Origin: Eledone cirrhosa
Taxonomy: Eukaryota
Direction of reading: 5' to 3'
DNA length: 64,000 nt
NCBI GenBank assembly: GCA_964016885.1
Contig: OZ024741.1
Coordinates: forward strand, 121,396,001-121,460,000
The notes below the pieces were generated by a model, which searched no databases, had not been told where the DNA came from, and saw only the letters and a list, made by a program, of their open reading frames with translations. Position 1 is the first letter of the stretch. Every line of letters starts with the position of its first letter. Shown piece after piece: positions 1 through 64,000 of this stretch. A program made the translations under genes and the position numbers.

Positions 1-175
1 TTACTGTGTGGACTGGGCGCTTTTTGTCGTGACACCTACACAACCACTTTACTGTGTGGACTGGGCGCTTTTTGTCGTGACACCTACACAACCACTTTAC
101 TGTGTGAACTGGGCGCTTTTTGTCGTGACACCTACATTACCACTTCATAGAATGGGCTGGGCACTTCTGTCGTGG
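1..175. repeat. 48-bp minisatellite (about 3.5 copies, continues off window)
   Basis: Unit ttactgtgtggactgggcgctttttgtcgtgacacctacacaaccact repeats at 1, 49, 97, then decays. Confidence 0.9.
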
Positions 176-241
176 CTCTAGGGAGACCATCTTATTGTTA
201 TATATATATATAGGTTTCAAGAAAATATGAAAATGCCTTAC

Positions 242-58037
<57,796 letters not shown>

Positions 58038-58043
58038 CTGACA

Positions 58044-58096
<53 letters not shown>

Positions 58097-58098
<2 letters not shown>

Positions 58099-58563
58099 GA
58101 TGCAAATAGACCTGATATAATATTGAAGGACTTTCAAAGGAGGGTATGCCTGCTAATTGATATGTCTGTTCCAATAGACAAGGATGTATCTATAAAAACA
58201 TTTGAAAAATTGAGCAAGTATAAGGACCTGGAGATAGAAATTGGAAAAATGTGGAAATTGAGAACTAAAACAATACCAGTGGTTGTAGGCGCTCTGGGAA
58301 TGATACCTAAGGGGTCTAACGACTACTTATCGCAAATCCCAGGAAACCCGCGTATAGGAGAAATACAAAAGATAGTACTAATGGGAACTGCCCATATACT
58401 AAGGAAGATCCTGTCAATATAAGTACATCACAAGTCTAAACACTAAGGATGCATGTGTGAATATGTATGTTCTTTCTTGAACATGGCGGACCTTGTTGTC
58501 TCTTGAGGTCACTGGTTGTGACTTGGTGATAACTCGTATAAACATAAAGCAAGATAAATGCAA
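58097..58563 (+). mobile_element. R4/Dong family A, short 5'-truncated copy
   Basis: RLE C-terminus plus 3' UTR; (TAA)n on both sides. Confidence 0.9.
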
Positions 58564-58583
58564 ATAATAATAATAATAATAAT

Positions 58584-60125
58584 AGTTCAGACATTAATCT
58601 TGATCGGGGGAACGTGATAAGAGAGCTTGATCAAGAACAAACTTACAAATATCTAGGTGTTTGTGAAGGAGACGGAATCAAGCACTCGACAATGAGGGAA
58701 AGGATAAGGAAGGAATGTTACCGCAGAGTCAGAGCAATCTTAAGAACGGAATTGAATGCAAGGAATAGGATCGATGCCATAAACACGCTTGCCATACCAG
58801 TAGTAACCTACAGTTACAATGTCATCAACTGGTCAAGCACAGAGATCCGTAGGCTCGATACAAAAATCCGAAAATTCTTAACCATGCACAGAATGCATCA
58901 CCCTAAGGCAGACATAGATAGAATATATCTCCCTAGGAAAGAAGGAGGACGTGGGTTAATCCAGTTAGACATTGCGTTGAAAACTGCAACAATTGGATTA
59001 TCCACATATCTAAGGGAATCACATGATTGGATGATCAAACTCGTTTTGAAACACGAAAGCACCAAAAGATCATATTCCATTACAAAAGATGCACAAAGAT
59101 ACAGTAATGGACTACAAATTTCAGAAGTCCCATTTACTGCTGAAATGGAAAACACAGAAAAAGCAAAGCAGGTAAAAGTAACTGCAAAGAAAGAACTGCT
59201 ACAGAAACTGGCTAAGAAATGGCAAGAAAAGCCTCTGTATGGAAAATACCCAGAGCGAGCTAACAATCCTGATGTTGACAAAACTTTAACCCATCAGTGG
59301 TTGGCATCCTCTGGACTGAAATCGGAGACTGAAGGACTGATTATATCCGCACAAGATCAGTGTCTGCCAACAAAAAATTACCAAACCAACATAATAAAAA
59401 ATGGGTGCAGCCCATTATGCCGTGTATGCAAAAAACAACCAGAGACCATTGACCATATAATTTCAATGTGCAGTCCTATAGCTCCAACCGAATACCTAAA
59501 CAGGCATGACAGAGCTGCACAATACATACATTGGATAATGTGTAAGCATTTTGACCTGCCCCATCAAAAGAATTGGTGGGAGCATCAACCACCTCCCATA
59601 CTTAAAAAAAGATCACATATCAATCTTGTGGAACTTTAGCATCCAAACAGACCGAAAAATAGATGCAAATAGACCTGATATAATATTGAAGGACTTTCAA
59701 AGGAGGGTATGCCTGCTAATTGATATGTCTGTTCCAATAGACAAGAATGTATCTATAAAAACACTTGAAAAATTGAGCAAGTATAAGGACCTGGAGATAG
59801 AAATTGGAAAAATGTGGAAATTGAGAACTAAAACAATACCAGTGGTTGTAGGCGCTCTGGGAATGATACCTAAGGGGTCTAACGACTACTTATCGCAAAT
59901 CCCAGGAAACCCGCGTATAGGAGAAATACAAAAGATAGTACTAATGGGAACTGCCCATATACTAAGGAAGATCCTGTAAATATAAGTACATCACAAGTCT
60001 AAACACTAAGGATGCATGTGTGAATATGTGTGTTCTTTCTAGAACATGGCGGACCTTGTTGTCTCTTGAGGTCACTGGTTGTGACTTGGTGATAACTCGT
60101 ATAAACATAAAGCAAGATAAATGCA

Positions 60126-60126
<1 letters not shown>
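58584..60126 (+). mobile_element. R4/Dong family A, 5'-truncated, head-to-tail with previous copy
   Basis: 341-aa and 142-aa ORFs; (TAA)n on both sides. Confidence 0.92.
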
Positions 60127-60159
<33 letters not shown>

Positions 60160-60964
60160 TTATATTGTTGTATCGCTCAAATATTCAATTTTGTATTATA
60201 TATTTTGTATAAAAAAAACAGAAAATGGTTATAAATGGGAAAAAAACACCCTCTGTCTACACTATATAGAACAGCTAAATAACAGCAATTTCACCAACAC
60301 CAGAAACTTGATACCCCACCTATCCCATCACACTAAATATAACAGCCAGATAACGGCAATTTCACCAGCATCATAATAATAATTACTTTTATTATTGTCT
60401 CAAATTTAAAAAAAAATGTTTAATTCCAATTTTACGGGAATATGTCAACACAAAATATAATAAAAATATATATTAAACATACGAACACAAACTCATAGAT
60501 ACTACATATCAGTAACCACAACGCCACCGCTGCCACCACCCCACCCCATCCATCATTGCTACCACTATCCCATCGTCGCCGCCACCACTCCTTCATTGCT
60601 ACCACCACTATTCACCTGTTAACTTGAGAGAGAAAGGGGAAGGTGGCGGTATCACTAGACAAGGGAGAGGCTAGCAAAAGATATAAATAGATTGACTTAG
60701 TGACCTGGCCACCGGCCAAACGTCAACATCAACAACTATGGGACTGCTGGCTCACCCCTTCCTCACCAACAATATAAAAAGCCCCGGCACCACCACCGAC
60801 ATAGCCAACAACAATAACAGCCAACTACAACAAAAAGTATATTATATTATTGTAATGCACTGGGTGATTGCTGGCCTTGTGCCTGGAGTGGAGACAATTA
60901 TTAATAATTTCATTCTTAAGCCACGCAATGCCCACATTAAGGAACCACTCATGATAATAACAAT

Positions 60965-63900
60965 TTAAAAAAACAACAAAAAGAAAACCCCGTGACCAAG
61001 AAATACCGGGATGGCGGCCGGCGGGGAGTAGCCGTGTCTCTAGGGGAGAACGACCCCTCTAGTCTTGGTTGACACTCGTTCTAGAAGTGGTAACACGAAA
61101 TGATTACCCCTTGGCGGATAAGGATAAAACGCGACAAAATAAAGTAAATGTCTAATGATAAAATCTCATACCGGATCGGCCGTCACCCGGGTAAAAAAGG
61201 GCCGCGTCCCTCAGAGAGGAACCAGACTGGGGTCGAAAAATCAGCTAATGGTTCAAACCTTCCCATCACTTCGGAGCTGGAGACCTCCCATAACCGGAAT
61301 ACTCCTACTGTTGGCCCTCCATGCTCACCACCAAGAAATCCAAAGAAAAAGAGGGAAAAATGGTCAAGGGAAGATAATAAAGAAGTCCTTGAGGCTTTCT
61401 ACACTGCCATGTACTACCCATCAAATACATCGCATACAGAACAGACATATATCAACTGGAAAAAGAAACATCCCGAAAACAGAGGCTATATTGACAGTAA
61501 CAAACTAGCCAATATATGAAGAAATATTGTAAGAAAAAAGTTACTAACTGATATAGAAATTGATCAGATCAAGCTATTAGCACAAAGTCAGCGAAGGGAA
61601 AATGAAACATGTGTCAGTGAAAACGAGGTAAACTGTAACACTTCGAACCCCAGGGTTGGGGCGGTATCACTGGCAACAGAACAAATTAAAGAAAGGATCG
61701 AAAAAGTGGAGGGAGTGCATGCTCAGGATGAAACTCCAAATGAAAATAATGAGATCGTAAATGATAAAGAAATGAATGAGAATGAACTTGCCAACTTGAA
61801 GGATGAAATCATGATCGAATGGATGAAAATGAAAGAATCTGACATGGGGCAACGAGACACCCTCCCTAAGATCCAGAACTCCAAACAGAACCAAAAGATA
61901 ATACACAAGACTAACATAATTCTCAAAAACATTATCATCACAAACAAACTAAACATTACTGATTTAAATCATCTCTATTATGCATCGGCTAAAGTCACCA
62001 CTCACTTATGTGGAGTGAAGATGAAAAAACAAAGGAATTCCCACAAGAAATCTACTTGGCAAGAGAACATCAATCGCCAAATAAACCTTCTCCGATCTGA
62101 CATAGAAATTTTAACAAACTATAAAGTAGGTGAACATGTTAAACAAACTAAACTTAGAAAATTGAAAAAAAAGTACAGTATAAAATCAACATGTGACATA
62201 GACATGCTGATAGAAATAATCAAGCAAAAAGTGTCGGCCAAAGCTGCTCGTATAAGGCGCTTTGAAAAACGATCTAGATTCTATAAGGACAATAATATGT
62301 TCAAAAACAACCAAAGAAACTTCTACAGAAAAATTGGTAAGTCAACAATAACTGCTAAATCAATACCACCCAAGGAGGAAGTGCAAGAATTCTGGGAAAA
62401 GATCTGGGCCGAAGAAAAAGTTCATAACATACATGCCCCATGGATAGACAGACAAATGAAAGATACAGCTCACCTTGAGGAACAAACATGGGAAAATATA
62501 ACAGTTGAACAGTTGCGCTTGGCTCTAAAAAAACCAGCAAATGGAAATCCCCAGGAAAAGACAAAATACAAAACTTTTGGATAAATGCCTTCACAGAGTC
62601 TCATGAGCTGTTAGCCCAACTTTACAATGAAATAGTTAAGGAGCCAGAAAAGATACCACCATGGCTAGTTAACGGCATTACATTCCTGCTTCCGAAGAAT
62701 GATGAGACAAACAATCCCAAAACTTACAGACCGATAACTTGCTTGACCACAATGTATAAAATTTTAACATCAGTCCTAACTGAATACACATATGACCACC
62801 TGATAACAAATGACCTATTTCCCATTGAGCAGAAAGGGTGTAAACGAGGCTCATATGGCTGTAAGGATTAGCTTCTGGTTAACGAAATGATACTGGAAGA
62901 TTGTCATAATAGACACAAAAATCTATCGATTGCTTGGATAGATTATAAAAAAGCATTCGATAGTTTGCCACACAGTTGGATTGAAAAATGTTTAGAGATT
63001 TTCAAAATATCCCCCGTTGTCAGGAGGTTTTTGTCATTCAGTATGAAGACATGGAAAACGACACTCCTTTTGAATAGTGAAACAAAATCACTGGAAGCTG
63101 GAGAAGTTAATATTAATTGTGGAATTTTTCAGGGTAACTCTTTATCACCGCTTTTATTCTGCATCGCACTTATACCATTAAGTAAAATGCTCAATGAAAC
63201 AAAACATGGATATAAAGTCTATGACAAAACCATTAATCACCTGTTCTACATGGATGACCTGAAACTATTTGCAAAAAATGATGAACAATTGCAAGGGCTA
63301 TTATCCACTGTGAAGCAGTTCAGTGATGACATTAAAATGGAGTTTGGACTAGATAAATGCGCCAAAGCAACGTTCACCAGAGGAAAGCTGCTGAAGAGTT
63401 CAGACATTAATCTTGATCGGGGGAACGTGATAAGAGAACTTGATCAAGAAAAAACTTACAAATATCTAGGTGTTTGTGAAGGAGACGGAATCAAGCACTC
63501 GACAATGAGGGAAAGGATAAGGAAGGAATGTTACCGCAGAGTAAGAGCAATCTTAAGAACGGAATTGAATGCAAGGAATAGGATCGATGCCATAAACACG
63601 CTTGCCATACCAGTAGTAACCTACAGTTACAATGTCATCAACTGGTCAAGTACAGAGATCCGTAGGCTCGATACAAAGATCCGAAAATTCTTAACCATGC
63701 ACAGAATGCATCACCCTAAAGCAGATATAGATAGAATATATCTCCCTAGGAAAGAAGGAGGACGTGGGTTAATCCAGTTAGACATTGCGTTGAAAAAACT
63801 GCAACAATTGGATTATCTACATATCTAAGGGAATCACATGATTGGATGATCAAACTCGTTTTGAAACACGAAAGCATCAAAAGATCATATTCCATTACAA

Positions 63901-64000
63901 AAGATGCACAAAGATACAGTAATGAACTACAAATTTCAGAAGTCCCATTTACTGCTGAAATGGCAAACACAGAAAAAGCAAAGCAGGTAAAAGTAACTGC
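60965..64000 (+). mobile_element. R4/Dong family A, copy with intact 5' end (continues off window), disrupted ORF
   Basis: GC-rich leader, ATG at 61148, N-terminal KWSREDNKEVLEAFY, RT region near-identical to 31744-33623; stops and frameshifts. Confidence 0.9.

Noticed and set aside
1-175. CRISPR-like appearance of the 48-bp repeat
   Set aside because: Contiguous units with no unique spacers, in a eukaryotic context

Overview
AT-rich, microsatellite-dense eukaryotic genomic DNA. The tRNA-derived SINEs and repeat landscape suggest a coleoid cephalopod (Octopus-like); this is inference. The whole window lies inside one large minus-strand gene whose start and stop are outside the window. I reconstructed 20 phase-consistent exons (58037 down to 242) encoding EGFx2 - PAN/apple - WxxW (mucin CysD-like) - EGFx8 - LamG/pentraxin - HYR - sushi - linker - ephrin-receptor-like Cys repeat, an SVEP1/uninflatable/fibropellin-type extracellular protein. 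The introns are filled with mobile elements: three R4/Dong-type RLE retrotransposon families, an RTE LINE with non-autonomous bipartite derivatives, a Tx1/L1 LINE, two CR1-like LINEs, Penelope-like fragments, a hAT transposon, MITEs and SINEs. Most notable: (i) retroelements appear partitioned by microsatellite target (TA, TAA, CATA) and chained tail-to-target through a 21 kb intron; (ii) an R4/Dong lineage associated with (CATA)n; (iii) intact and variant hammerhead ribozymes in introns, one sense to the pre-mRNA and paired with its own antisense copy; (iv) splice-site oddities (a CG acceptor, a duplicated in-frame donor). No prokaryotic-type system is present.
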